A DNA stretch of 64,000 bases from an uncultured Rhodospirillaceae bacterium (GCA_964344935.1 CAYFPL010000001.1:1391533-1455532); one strand, 5' to 3'; numbered from the stretch's first letter, positions 45,185 through 55,227 are shown. Program-made: numbers and translations. Notes: generated by a model from the sequence alone, not told the origin.

Positions 45185-46095
45185 TCGCCGATCAAGTTGC
45201 GCGCTTCCAGATAGATGCGGCGCATTTCTGGAAAGTTCTCGCGAACCTTGAGTTCCAACTCCGCCGTCGCCGCTTCAATCTCTTCCGACGCCAGGCCGTC
45301 GGCGAAATCCAGATCGGCAGCCAGCAGAACTTCATCCGGGCCCAGGTGCATGGTGCGCACGGCGGCAACCCGCACCACGCGGCGATCGCCGTTCAGCAGC
45401 GCCCGGCAACCCTCCACCACTTCCGGCTCTGCCGCCTCGCCAATGAGCAGCGCCTTGCACTCATAGGCCAGGAACATGGCCACCCCGGCTAGAACGCCGC
45501 CGATGGCGATCGCCGCCGCCCCATCGAGCCAGGGCAATCCCAACTGCTGGCCTAGGAATATACCCGCCATGGCAATCATTAGACCCAAGAGGGCGGCGCC
45601 ATCCTCGAACAGCACGGTGAATAGAGCCGGGTCCTTGCCCCGGCGCACCGCCTCGAAAAAGCCCATTTCGCCCTTTTGGGCCAAGAACTGCTTTAGGGCG
45701 ATGAAGCTGGCCGCGCCCTCGAATATCATCGCCAGGCCGAGAACGATGTAGCTGACGAATGCGTTCTCAATTGGCGTCGGATCCATGACACCGTGGATGC
45801 CTTCGTAGATGGAAAAGCCGGCACCGAGACCGAAGATGATGATGGCGACCACGAAGCTCCAGAAATACAGCTCCTTGCCGTAGCCGAAAGGGTGGCGCTC
45901 ATCCGCCGGCAGGCTGCCACGGTGCATGCCGTAGAGAAGCAGCACCTGATTGCCTGTATCCACCAGGCTGTGGATCGCTTCCGACAGCATGGCGGAGGAG
46001 CCGGTATAGACGGCCGCGCCGAATTTGGTCACCGCGATGGCCAAATTACCCACCAAAGCGGCCATGACCGCAACTTTCGAGGACCCACTTGCCAT
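45181..46095 (-). CDS. cation diffusion facilitator (CDF) family metal efflux transporter
   Basis: 304 aa. TM helices with SAMLSEAIHSLVDTGNQ (the HxxxD-type metal site of CDF TM2) and a C-terminal cytoplasmic domain. Confidence 0.88.
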   Translation of the reverse strand: MASGSSKVAVMAALVGNLAIAVTKFGAAVYTGSSAMLSEAIHSLVDTGNQVLLLYGMHRGSLPADERHPFGYGKELYFWSFVVAIIIFGLGAGFSIYEGIHGVMDPTPIENAFVSYIVLGLAMIFEGAASFIALKQFLAQKGEMGFFEAVRRGKDPALFTVLFEDGAALLGLMIAMAGIFLGQQLGLPWLDGAAAIAIGGVLAGVAMFLAYECKALLIGEAAEPEVVEGCRALLNGDRRVVRVAAVRTMHLGPDEVLLAADLDFADGLASEEIEAATAELELKVRENFPEMRRIYLEARNLIGD

Positions 46096-46135
46096 GGGGT
46101 CATGCTATACCATGCCGTCAATTTTGGGGAAGCAT

Positions 46136-47308
46136 ATGAATGGACTTGTGAAAGGCCCGGCCGGGGCCCGTGTGACGACCGAAAATCTGCCGGTCTCATT
46201 GATCCGTGAAGTGGGTAACGCGGGCATGGGCATGGAGGATGTCATTGCCCTGTGGTACGGCGAGCCTGACCTGCCGACGCCGCAATATATCTGTGATGCC
46301 GCCGCCGCTTCTCTGGCCAGGGGTGAAACCTTTTATACCGAGAATTTCGGCATTCCCGAATTACGGGAGACCTTGAGCAGCTACATGTCCGAGCTCTATG
46401 GCCGGGAGATCGAGACGGACCGTATCGCCGTCACCGCCTCGGGCATGAGCGCCACGAACCTGATGCAGCAGGTCCTGACAGATCCTGGCGACAATGTCAT
46501 CATCACCGCGCCCATCTGGCCGAACCTGATCGAGACCATCCGCATCATGGGGGGCGAGCCGCGTTTCGCCTGGCTGCAATTCGGCAATCAGGGCTGGAGC
46601 CTGGATCTGGACAAGATGTTCGCCATGGTGAACGACCGCACCCGGGCGATCATGATCAATTCGCCTTCCAACCCCACGGGCTGGGTCATGAATCATGACG
46701 ACATGCGCGCGGTCATGGAATTTTGCCGCCAGCGTGGCATCTGGGTAATCTCCGACGAAGTCTATGCGCGCATGTACTTCCACGGCCGGGCCGCGCCGTC
46801 GTTCCTGGAGGTCGCCGAGCCCGAGGACCGTATGGTGGTGGTCAACAGCTTTTCCAAATCCTGGTGCATGACCGGCTGGCGCCTGGGCTGGCTGACAGCA
46901 CCGGTGGACTTGATGCCCACCTTGGAAAAGATGATCGAGTTCCACTATTCCTGCCCGGCCCATTTCAGCCAGGTCGCCGCCGTCACCGCCGTGCGCGATG
47001 GCGAAGACTTCGTCCAGGAGACGGTCGACCGTTATCACAAGGCCCGGGACCTGGTGATAGACCGGCTGCAGGCCATGCCCAAGGTGCGGGTGCATCGTCC
47101 GGACGGTGCCTTTTATGCCTTTTTCGCGGTCGAGGGCATGGACGATTCGCTGGCCAAGTGCAAGGACATCCTGCGCAAGACCCATGTGGGCCTGGCCCCC
47201 GGCGCCGCCTTCGGCGATGAAGGCGAGGGTTTCATCCGACTTTGCTTTGCCTCCACCCTGGAGCGCCTGGATGATGCCATGGACCGGATCGAGCCCCATT
47301 TCCGTTGA
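46136..47308 (+). CDS. class I/II PLP-dependent aminotransferase
   Basis: Start at ATG 46136 (MNGLVKGPAGARV...), 390 aa. Motifs YGEPDLPTP, NSPSNPTGW, and PLP-lysine context NSFSKSWCMTGWRLG. Confidence 0.88.
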   Translation: MNGLVKGPAGARVTTENLPVSLIREVGNAGMGMEDVIALWYGEPDLPTPQYICDAAAASLARGETFYTENFGIPELRETLSSYMSELYGREIETDRIAVTASGMSATNLMQQVLTDPGDNVIITAPIWPNLIETIRIMGGEPRFAWLQFGNQGWSLDLDKMFAMVNDRTRAIMINSPSNPTGWVMNHDDMRAVMEFCRQRGIWVISDEVYARMYFHGRAAPSFLEVAEPEDRMVVVNSFSKSWCMTGWRLGWLTAPVDLMPTLEKMIEFHYSCPAHFSQVAAVTAVRDGEDFVQETVDRYHKARDLVIDRLQAMPKVRVHRPDGAFYAFFAVEGMDDSLAKCKDILRKTHVGLAPGAAFGDEGEGFIRLCFASTLERLDDAMDRIEPHFR

Positions 47309-47326
47309 GATTGAGGAGTTGACCTT

Positions 47327-48304
47327 ATGAAGATCGTGATTACGGGCGGCGGCGGCTTTATCGGCCGCCAGTTGGCACACCGGATCTTGGCCCTGGGCAA
47401 ACTCACGGGCGGCTCGGGTCAAGCGGAATCGGTGGATAAAATGGTGTTGTTCGATGCGGTTTCGCCGCCCGATGGGGAATTCACCGACGAACGTGTAGAA
47501 GTGGTGACGGGGGACATCACCGACGGGGATCTTGTCGCATCTGTCATCGACAAGGACACCAACAGTATTTTTCATCTGGCCGCCGTGGTCAGCGCCGGGG
47601 CGGAAGCGGATTTCGACCTGGGCTACAGGGTCAACCTGGACGGCACCCGCAACGTGTTGGAAGCAGCGAGAGCAGCGGACGGCACCCCACGGGTCGTCTT
47701 CGCCTCGTCCCTGGCGGCCTATGGCGGAGATGTGCCCGAGACCGTTCTAGATGCCACGCCCATTACGCCGGAAACCTCCTACGGGGCGCAAAAGGTGATC
47801 GGGGAGTACCTGATCACTGACTACAGCCGCAAGGGTTTCATCGACGGCCGTGCCATGCGCCTGCCCACCATTGTGGTGCGGCCGGGCAAGCCGAACCTGG
47901 CCGCCTCGGGCTTTGCCTCTGGCATTATCCGGGAGCCATTGAACGGCATCGATATGGTCTGCCCCGTAACGCCGGAAAGCCGCATGGCGATCATGTCGCC
48001 CAGAACGGTAGTGCAGTGCTTCATCCACATGCACGAACTTGACGCAGCCAAGTTGGGCGCGAGCCGGGCCCTCTTGCTGTCGGGCTTCAGCGTTTCCATG
48101 GGCGATACGGCCAAGGCGGTCAGGGAGATCCCCAGCAACCGGCCCAAGGGCGCGATCAGTTTCGACGTCGACCCGGCGATCCAGGCCATTGTCGACGGCT
48201 GGCCCAAGACTACACTATCGGACAAGGCCGCCGGCCTTGGCTTTCCCGCCGACGACAATATCGAGGACGTGATCGCGGCCTATATCGAAGACGAGCTGGA
48301 TTGA
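47327..48304 (+). CDS. NAD-dependent epimerase/dehydratase-family (extended SDR) protein, D-erythronate-dehydrogenase (DenD)-like
   Basis: 325 aa. ITGGGGFIGRQL, catalytic YGAQK, and RLPTIVVRPGKPNLAASGFASGIIREPL, which I associate with DenD-type enzymes (not verified). Confidence 0.75.
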   Translation: MKIVITGGGGFIGRQLAHRILALGKLTGGSGQAESVDKMVLFDAVSPPDGEFTDERVEVVTGDITDGDLVASVIDKDTNSIFHLAAVVSAGAEADFDLGYRVNLDGTRNVLEAARAADGTPRVVFASSLAAYGGDVPETVLDATPITPETSYGAQKVIGEYLITDYSRKGFIDGRAMRLPTIVVRPGKPNLAASGFASGIIREPLNGIDMVCPVTPESRMAIMSPRTVVQCFIHMHELDAAKLGASRALLLSGFSVSMGDTAKAVREIPSNRPKGAISFDVDPAIQAIVDGWPKTTLSDKAAGLGFPADDNIEDVIAAYIEDELD

Positions 48305-48314
48305 GGAGCAGAGC

Positions 48315-49049
48315 ATGAGCGGACGTCTGGCCGGCAAACGGGCCTTTATCACCGCCGCCGCCCAGGGCATTGGCCGGGCCACGGCGGAAACCTTCCTGGC
48401 CGAGGGCGCCCAGGTCATCGCCACGGATATCAACATGGATATTCTGGGCGCGTTGCAGGGCGATGTGATCACCGAACATCTAGACGCCACCGACGGGGAC
48501 GCCATCAGGGCGGCGGCGGAACGCCACGGCGCCGTAGATATCCTGTTCAACTGCGCCGGCTTTGTACATAACGGCACCCTGCTTGAATCCACCGAGGACG
48601 AATGGGACTTCGCCTTCGATCTGAACGCCAAGTCCATGTACCGGGTGACCAAAGCCTTCCTGCCCGCCATGCTGGCCAACGGCGGCGGCAGTATCGTCAA
48701 CATCTGTTCCGTTGCCTCTCACGTCAAGGGCATAGTCAACCGCTGTGTCTACAGCGCCACCAAGGCCGCGGTCATGGGGCTGACCAAATCCGTTGCCGCC
48801 GATTATGTCGGCCAGGGTATCCGCTGCAACGCCATCGCGCCGGGAACCGTCGACACCCCGTCCCTGGGCGACCGTATCAACGCCGCCCCAGACCCGGAAC
48901 AACAGCGCCGAGACTTCATCGCCCGCCAGCCCATGGGGCGCTTGGGCACAGCGCAAGAAGTGGCCAATCTGGTCCTCTATCTGGCCTCGGACGAAAGTGC
49001 CTTTTGCACCGGGCAGCTCTATGTGGTCGATGGCGGCGTGGTGATGTAA
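48315..49049 (+). CDS. SDR-family oxidoreductase
   Basis: 244 aa. ITAAAQGIGRA, NCAG, and catalytic YSATKAAV. Confidence 0.88.
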   Translation: MSGRLAGKRAFITAAAQGIGRATAETFLAEGAQVIATDINMDILGALQGDVITEHLDATDGDAIRAAAERHGAVDILFNCAGFVHNGTLLESTEDEWDFAFDLNAKSMYRVTKAFLPAMLANGGGSIVNICSVASHVKGIVNRCVYSATKAAVMGLTKSVAADYVGQGIRCNAIAPGTVDTPSLGDRINAAPDPEQQRRDFIARQPMGRLGTAQEVANLVLYLASDESAFCTGQLYVVDGGVVM

Positions 49050-49063
49050 CGGCCGGGGGCGCT

Positions 49064-49609
49064 GTGGCCCTCTTCACCTCGTCCCGCGAGCGGCGCCTGT
49101 GGCTGTGGACGGGTGCGGCTGTCGCCACCATCTACCTCAGCCTCGGGCTGACCAGGGACCTATCAGATGTCCTCCGGGCGCACGGCCTGCTGGAGATATC
49201 CTTCGCGACCGGCATGATCCTTATCGCCGGCGCAATCGCTGCCCATGGCCTGCGCCTGCGGCCAGGCGGAGCCGAGATTGCCGTGGCCCTGGGTATTGCC
49301 GCAGCCTACCTGCTGGTGCTTGTTCGCATCGAAGCACCGGAGGAACGCACCCACCTGATCGAATATAGTGTCGTCGCCATTCTCCTCCTCGAAGCCTTGA
49401 ACGAACGGACAAGTAACGGCGGCGCCGTCCCCCTGCCGCCTTTGACAGCCCTATTGGCGACGGCATTTGTCGGGACGTTGGACGAAATCATCCAAGCCCT
49501 GATACCTACACGCATTTTTGACCCCATCGACATTCTGTTCAATCTGTTGGCGGGCACCATGGCCGTCGCCGGCAGCACACTATTGTCCTGGGTGCGGCGG
49601 CGAATTTGA
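49064..49609 (+). CDS. VanZ-like family membrane protein (start uncertain)
   Basis: This is the tail of track ORF 48602..49609, which upstream merely overlaps the SDR gene out of frame. GTG 49064 gives about 181 aa with 4-5 hydrophobic helices and the ERTHLIEYSVVA motif typical of VanZ. Confidence 0.55.
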   Translation: MALFTSSRERRLWLWTGAAVATIYLSLGLTRDLSDVLRAHGLLEISFATGMILIAGAIAAHGLRLRPGGAEIAVALGIAAAYLLVLVRIEAPEERTHLIEYSVVAILLLEALNERTSNGGAVPLPPLTALLATAFVGTLDEIIQALIPTRIFDPIDILFNLLAGTMAVAGSTLLSWVRRRI

Positions 49610-49729
49610 GAATTCTGCTCACCAGTAGCATTTGCACTTCGGACGGATGTCGTTAGATATAACAAGGGATTGCAGCATGCCGGATTCATTGCCGCGCCCT
49701 ACATTTGGATGTTTGAAGCTACGGACTGA

Positions 49730-50365
49730 ATGGAAGACAAGGCCTACATATACGACGATGTGATGCGGATGCGGATCGCCGCCAACCTGGAAGAGTTCGA
49801 TCGGGCACCGTCACCGCCCGGGGATTTGAAACACGCCGCCGTGGCAATCACCTTGGTGGCCGACGACAGGGGCGAAGGCGCCTATGTGCTGACCCGCCGT
49901 GCCGCCGGCCTGAACAGCCATGCCAGCCAGTTCGCCCTACCTGGCGGTCGCATCGACGCAGGTGAAAGCCCGGTTCAGGCAGCGTTGCGGGAGTTGCGGG
50001 AGGAGGTGAACCTGCACTTGGGCGAAGAGGCGGTGCTAGGCACGTTGGATGACTACCACACGCAATCGGGTTACTTGATCACGCCGATCGTGGTCTGGGC
50101 CGGCCAGGGTGCCCGTATGCGGGCTAATCCGGACGAAGTCGCCCGCATTCACCGCATCACCTTCCGGGAACTGAACCGGCCCGGCTCACCCACCTTTGAA
50201 GACATTCCCGAAAGTGAACGTCCGGTCATCCGCCTACTATTGGGCGACGACGATGCCTTGCATGCGCCTACAGCGGCCATGGTCTATCAATTCCGCGAAG
50301 TCGGCCTGCACGGCCGCCAAACCCGGGTGGCGCATTTAGGCGAACCGGTCTGGGCCTGGCGCTAG
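49730..50365 (+). CDS. NUDIX hydrolase, CoA-pyrophosphatase-like
   Basis: 211 aa. NUDIX box GGRIDAGESPVQAALRELREEVNL preceded by VLTRRAAGLNSHASQFALPGG (NudL/CoA pyrophosphatase-type upstream motif). Confidence 0.8.
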   Translation: MEDKAYIYDDVMRMRIAANLEEFDRAPSPPGDLKHAAVAITLVADDRGEGAYVLTRRAAGLNSHASQFALPGGRIDAGESPVQAALRELREEVNLHLGEEAVLGTLDDYHTQSGYLITPIVVWAGQGARMRANPDEVARIHRITFRELNRPGSPTFEDIPESERPVIRLLLGDDDALHAPTAAMVYQFREVGLHGRQTRVAHLGEPVWAWR

Positions 50366-50393
50366 GGAATATCTCGTTTGATCTGACTATCTA

Positions 50394-50945
50394 TCAGCGC
50401 GGTGTCAGGTGCCGGGCATCGGGGGACGCCTGGTGGTCCATCACCCGCAGTATGGCGGCGTTCATCTGGTAAACACCCATCACCGCCGTCAGTTCCATTA
50501 GTCCCTTTTCGCCATAACGGGCCTGAACGGCGGCGAAAGTCTCATCACTGACCTTCTGCGTTTCCAGAAGCTCCCGCCCGAAACCGATGATCAGGGCCTC
50601 GTCCGCCGTCAACCCATCCAACGGACCTAAGGTGTCGATCGCCTGCAAAGCCTCTTCCCGCACGCCGGCCTTCAGCCCCAGCCGCACGTGGGCGTTCCAG
50701 ATAAAATCCGCATTGGCTGCCCGGGCCGCCGTACAGATCGCCAGTTCCGTTTCCGCATCATTCAGGGCAGTGTGATAGCGCAGATGCTCCACCAGATCCG
50801 ATAGCCGGGCGCCGGCCTGCCCGGCATATGTAAGATAACTGCTGGGCGGCGGTAGGCTGCCCCGGGTCCGCTGCACATGACGTATGGCGGCCCGGGTTTC
50901 GGGACCAAATTCATCGCTGTCAGCGGGAATCGGTAGTCGCGGCAT
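50394..50945 (-). CDS. carboxymuconolactone decarboxylase (CMD/AhpD-like) family protein
   Basis: 183 aa, helical. Double-length CMD-type pattern (ELAICTAARAANADFIWNAHVRLGLKAG...ELTAVMGVYQM). Confidence 0.65.
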   Translation of the reverse strand: MPRLPIPADSDEFGPETRAAIRHVQRTRGSLPPPSSYLTYAGQAGARLSDLVEHLRYHTALNDAETELAICTAARAANADFIWNAHVRLGLKAGVREEALQAIDTLGPLDGLTADEALIIGFGRELLETQKVSDETFAAVQARYGEKGLMELTAVMGVYQMNAAILRVMDHQASPDARHLTPR

Positions 50946-51000
50946 TGTCAGTTTCCTCTCTCGGCCAAGGCCAGTTCGGTCATTAGAAGATTCTTAGAAT

Positions 51001-52692
51001 TCAACCGTCTATCCGGCGCACATCAACCTGGTAAAGATCCTGATTGGAACCGTCGCCGCGGATCACTTGGTTATATGTCCAATCGTCATCCAGTCCGGGA
51101 TAATCCTCGCGTTGATGGGCGCCACGGCTCTCTGTCCGCGAAAAAGCGGCCGTGGTGATGGCACGCGCCACCTCAAGCATATTGCGCAGACTGAACCAGT
51201 CCGCCAGTTCTTGATTGAAGGGCTTGGCACCGCCCGTAGACATCCCCGGCAAGGCCTCGGCCATCTCTTCAATCATCACCAGAGCCCTTGCCAGACCATC
51301 TGCCGTGCGAAACGGACCCACATCCCGCTGCATCAAAGCCTGAAGGTTTGCGATAGCAGCTGTGGGACTAGGCTCACCGCCTGCTCGGGCCCGGGCCTGA
51401 TCAATGACATCCAGGCCCGGCCTGGCCAATTCCGCAATGCCATCGACGGAACCACGCACCGCGGCAGCCGCCGAGCGGCCGGCCAGCTCGCCGAATACAA
51501 AGGCCTCGGTGATGGCATTGCCCGAGAGGCGGTTGGCCCCGTTCGCACCACCAACTGCCTCGCCGGCGGCAAAAAGATTCTCAACGTTCGTAGCCAGGCT
51601 GTCGCCCACTCTTAGTCCACCCATGTGGTAGTGGGCGATAGGGGAGACCTCGATGGGCGCCCGGGTCAGGTCGATGCCGTTCTGGGCAAGACGGTCGATC
51701 ACCGGGCCGAAGGCAGCGCGCAATTCAGCCTCCGGCACGTGCTCAAACGACAGCCAGGCGCCGCCGTGGGGCGAGCCCCGCCCCGCCTCCACCTCCTTGA
51801 AAATGGCGTAAGTGGCCGTATCGCGGGTGATGACATATTTGCCATCCTCGACAGTGCCGTAATTTTGCGTGAATTCCTCGCCGTCACCATTCAATAGCCG
51901 ACCGCCCAACTTATAGCGGAAGGGATCCCACATGATCGGGTCCATTCCGATCAAGCGCGGCGCCAGATGGCCGATGGGAAAGAACTGCACGAACTCCATA
52001 TCGATCAATTCGGCACCGGCCCTGAGCGCGATGGCGAATCCGTCACCGCCCATGTTGGCGGAGGCGGAATTACGCTGATAGAGCCCGGTCAAACCGCCTG
52101 TAGCAATCACCGTAGCGCCGGCGGAGATGGTCACCGCAGAACCACTTTCAAGATGCAAGGCAACGGCACCCACGGCACGGCGGCCATCGACTACCAGATC
52201 CGTTACCATCAAGTCGGAAATACGGCGAATGCCGTCATATTGGCGGACCTTATTGCGCAGTGTCCGCGCCGTCGCCGGACCGGTATTCAAAAAATCGACG
52301 TACACACATCGCTTGCGGTCATGACCGGGGGCATGCACTTGAGTCAAATGGTTGCCCCGTTCCTGGTTTCGCGCCCAGCCAATGCCCCAATCTTCCATCT
52401 GCCAAATACGGTCGGGTGCGGCTTCGCACAGGATGCGGGCCAGAGGTTCGTCCACTAGGCCACGCCCGGCGGCGATTGTATCGGCCAGATGATGGCGCCA
52501 ATGATCGGGCTCTTGCTCGCCTACGGCCGCTGCAACGGTCATCTGCGCCATGATGGTAGCGCCCGAACGGCCAACGACACTGCGGTCCAGCAGCAGAACA
52601 TTCGCGCCAGCCTCGGCAGCGGCGATGGCGGCATACATTCCGGCGCCACCGGCCCCTATGATCAGCACATCCGCTTGCAGGGTTTGGCCCAT
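51001..52692 (-). CDS. FAD-binding flavoprotein of the succinate dehydrogenase/fumarate reductase/L-aspartate oxidase family (no Fe-S partner)
   Basis: 563 aa. ADVLIIGAGGAGMYAAIAAAEAG, ATGG, HYHMGG, and ESRGAHQRED motifs of the SdhA/FrdA/NadB fold. Confidence 0.85.
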   Translation of the reverse strand: MGQTLQADVLIIGAGGAGMYAAIAAAEAGANVLLLDRSVVGRSGATIMAQMTVAAAVGEQEPDHWRHHLADTIAAGRGLVDEPLARILCEAAPDRIWQMEDWGIGWARNQERGNHLTQVHAPGHDRKRCVYVDFLNTGPATARTLRNKVRQYDGIRRISDLMVTDLVVDGRRAVGAVALHLESGSAVTISAGATVIATGGLTGLYQRNSASANMGGDGFAIALRAGAELIDMEFVQFFPIGHLAPRLIGMDPIMWDPFRYKLGGRLLNGDGEEFTQNYGTVEDGKYVITRDTATYAIFKEVEAGRGSPHGGAWLSFEHVPEAELRAAFGPVIDRLAQNGIDLTRAPIEVSPIAHYHMGGLRVGDSLATNVENLFAAGEAVGGANGANRLSGNAITEAFVFGELAGRSAAAAVRGSVDGIAELARPGLDVIDQARARAGGEPSPTAAIANLQALMQRDVGPFRTADGLARALVMIEEMAEALPGMSTGGAKPFNQELADWFSLRNMLEVARAITTAAFSRTESRGAHQREDYPGLDDDWTYNQVIRGDGSNQDLYQVDVRRIDG

Positions 52693-52695
52693 GGT

Positions 52696-53598
52696 TCAGA
52701 GCAGGTCCGCGACGGCGGCGTGGTATTGTTCGATGCCTTGGATGTGGTCGGCTAGGGTATGGCCGGGGATGCGCTGGTGATGAAAGCGGTCGTAGCAGTT
52801 GTTGACCGTTATGTGGCTGACGCCGGCATCACGCCAGAATTCGAACTCCCGGCGCCAGTCATCGGGCCCGCCGGCGCCGGTGGAGACCCAGACCTCCAGG
52901 CCCATCTTTTCCGGGTCACGACCCTCGGCCTCGGTATAGGCGCGCAGTTTGTCGAATTCCTGGACGGCGATATCCTGGGGATGGTTCAGCATGATCCAGC
53001 CGTCACCCCACTTGGCGCAACGGCGCAGGGTTTCGTCCACATGACCGCCGAACCATAGGGGTATGCGCCCGTCCTTGGGCAGGGGATTGATACCGGCGTC
53101 ATTGATCTTGTGCCATTTGCCATCGAAGGTGACATGTGGCTGGGCCCACAGCGCCTGCATGAATTGCACTTGTTCCTCCGACCGGCGGCCCCGGTTACCG
53201 AAGTCCTCGCCCAAGGCGACGAATTCCTCAGCGTTCCAGCCGACACCAATGCCTAGCCGAAAACGGTGGCCGCACAGGATGTCCAGGCAAGCCGCCTGCT
53301 TCGCCACTAGGGCCGCCTGACGCTGGGCCAGGATCAGCACCTGGGTGGAGAACTCGATCGAATTGGTACAGGCGCTCAGGAAACCGAACAGAACGAAGGG
53401 GTCATGGAACAGATCGGCAGAGGTGTTGCGATCGCCCCAGGCCTCCTTGCCGCCGCGGCTGTCCACGTTTACGCCAATCACGTGATCGGCGGCGCCGAGG
53501 AAATGATAGCCAAGATCTTCCGCGCGCTGGGCGAAATCCCGCACCACTGAGGGTTCACCACCGATATCCCACAGGGGCAGATTGGCACCGATTTTCAT
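52696..53598 (-). CDS. luciferase-like (LLM) oxidoreductase, resembling the F420-dependent Rv2161c-type subgroup
   Basis: 300 aa. FRLGIGVGWNAEEFVALGEDFGNRGRRSEEQVQFMQALW fits LLM TIM-barrel proteins. The subgroup and cofactor are not determinable by eye. Confidence 0.75.
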   Translation of the reverse strand: MKIGANLPLWDIGGEPSVVRDFAQRAEDLGYHFLGAADHVIGVNVDSRGGKEAWGDRNTSADLFHDPFVLFGFLSACTNSIEFSTQVLILAQRQAALVAKQAACLDILCGHRFRLGIGVGWNAEEFVALGEDFGNRGRRSEEQVQFMQALWAQPHVTFDGKWHKINDAGINPLPKDGRIPLWFGGHVDETLRRCAKWGDGWIMLNHPQDIAVQEFDKLRAYTEAEGRDPEKMGLEVWVSTGAGGPDDWRREFEFWRDAGVSHITVNNCYDRFHHQRIPGHTLADHIQGIEQYHAAVADLL

Positions 53599-53610
53599 TG
53601 TCCGTCCTCC

Positions 53611-54408
53611 CTAGCGCGCCTTCCAGACCGGGTCGCGCTTTTCCTTGAAGGCCAAGGGACCTTCCTGGGCGTCCTCGCTCAGATAGACATGCTCGTAAGC
53701 CGCATCGCCCAGCTTCAGGGCCTCGCTCCAGCCCACTTCCGCCGCCGCATAGACCATATGCTTGCCGGCGCGGACCGAGAGCGGCGCATTCTTGGCGATA
53801 GTGGTGGCCATATCCCGGGCCGTATCCATCAAATCGGCCAGAGGCACCACCTGGTTAACCAGGCCTACCTGATAGGCCCGTTCGGCCGAGATGGGCCTGG
53901 CGGTGACGAGCAGTTCCATGGCGATGCGCGGCGGTATCAGCCAGGGCAGAGGTGCGGCCCATGGGGCGCCGCGGCTCCATTTCGGTTCCGTGATGGCAAA
54001 GCGGGCATTGTCGGCGGCGATGCACAAATCGCACATCTGCGAGAGATAGAAGCCGCCGGCATAGGCCAGGCCGTTGACGGCAGCGATGACCGGTTTGTCG
54101 GTGTGGATGTTCTTGTTCAGATAGGGCAGGAAATCGGGGGGCGGGACTTTCAGGCCGGTATCCGACATCTCCTTTAGATCGGCACCGGCGCAAAAAACCT
54201 TCTCCCCCGTCGCCGTCAGGATCGCCACCAACGCCTCATCCTCGGCCACAAAGCGGCGGAAGGCGGCCCAAAGGCCCTCCCGCACGGCGCTGTTGATGGC
54301 GTTCATGGCGTCGGGTCGGTCGATGGTAATGGTGGCTACGCCATCCGAGAGATCGTAGCTGATGGGCCCATCGCTTAAGGTATTACCGCTCAATATTTGT
54401 TCCTCCAT
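53611..54408 (-). CDS. enoyl-CoA hydratase/isomerase (crotonase) family protein
   Basis: 265 aa. ITIDRPDAMNAI, FCAGADLKE, AAVNGLAYAGGFYL. Confidence 0.88.
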   Translation of the reverse strand: MEEQILSGNTLSDGPISYDLSDGVATITIDRPDAMNAINSAVREGLWAAFRRFVAEDEALVAILTATGEKVFCAGADLKEMSDTGLKVPPPDFLPYLNKNIHTDKPVIAAVNGLAYAGGFYLSQMCDLCIAADNARFAITEPKWSRGAPWAAPLPWLIPPRIAMELLVTARPISAERAYQVGLVNQVVPLADLMDTARDMATTIAKNAPLSVRAGKHMVYAAAEVGWSEALKLGDAAYEHVYLSEDAQEGPLAFKEKRDPVWKAR

Positions 54409-54417
54409 TATGCTGCT

Positions 54418-55227
54418 TCAGCCCTGGCCTGAGGTGAAGCGGTGCTGCAGGCCGCCGTCCACATGCAGCAGCATGCCGTTGATATAGCGGGCTTCGTCCG
54501 AGGCCAGGAATACCGCCGCGCCGGCCACATCCCAGGCTTCGCCCATGCGCCCCGTGGGCGAGAGAGCATCGCGGGCGGCGACCATGGCCTCGATACCGCC
54601 GGGGCCGTAATTGTCGGCCAGGGCGCCGGCCACCATGGGTGTATTGATCAGGCCTGGGACAATGGCGTTGCAGCGGATGTTGCGGTCCGCGAATTCCATG
54701 GCGATGTTGATGGTCAAGGCGTTCACGGCGCCCTTTGATGTGGCATAGGCCAACTCGGGCCGCGCCGCCTTCACGGCGGAGAGAGACGATACATTGACGA
54801 TGGCGCCGCCGCCCTGCTCCAGAAATATCGGCAATACCGCCTGGCAGGTGAGGAACTGCGAGGTGACGTTGATGCGCATCACCCGCTCCCACTGTTCCAG
54901 GCTGGTTTCCAGCGGCCCGCCCAGGGAGGCGATGCCAACGTTGTTGTGCAAGATATCGATGCGGCCATAGGCCTCCCGGCAGGCTGCTACCATGGCCGCC
55001 ACGGCGCCCGGGTCCGAGACGTCGGCCGTATGGGCCGTTGCTTCATGACCTTCTTCACCGATGATCCGGACGGTTTCCGCCGCGGCATCGGCGTTCAGAT
55101 CCACCGCCAGAACCTTGGCGCCCTCACGCGCGAAGGCCACGGCGGTGGCCTTGCCGTTGCTCCAGCCAGGCCCGGAGGAGCCGGCGCCGCAGACCAGCGC
55201 CACCTTGCCCGCCAGCCGGCTGGTCAT
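54418..55227 (-). CDS. SDR-family oxidoreductase
   Basis: Start at ATG 55227 (MTSRLAGKVALVCGAGSS...), overlapping the upstream synthetase stop (ATGA). NNVG, catalytic YATSKGAV. 269 aa. Confidence 0.88.
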   Translation of the reverse strand: MTSRLAGKVALVCGAGSSGPGWSNGKATAVAFAREGAKVLAVDLNADAAAETVRIIGEEGHEATAHTADVSDPGAVAAMVAACREAYGRIDILHNNVGIASLGGPLETSLEQWERVMRINVTSQFLTCQAVLPIFLEQGGGAIVNVSSLSAVKAARPELAYATSKGAVNALTINIAMEFADRNIRCNAIVPGLINTPMVAGALADNYGPGGIEAMVAARDALSPTGRMGEAWDVAGAAVFLASDEARYINGMLLHVDGGLQHRFTSGQG

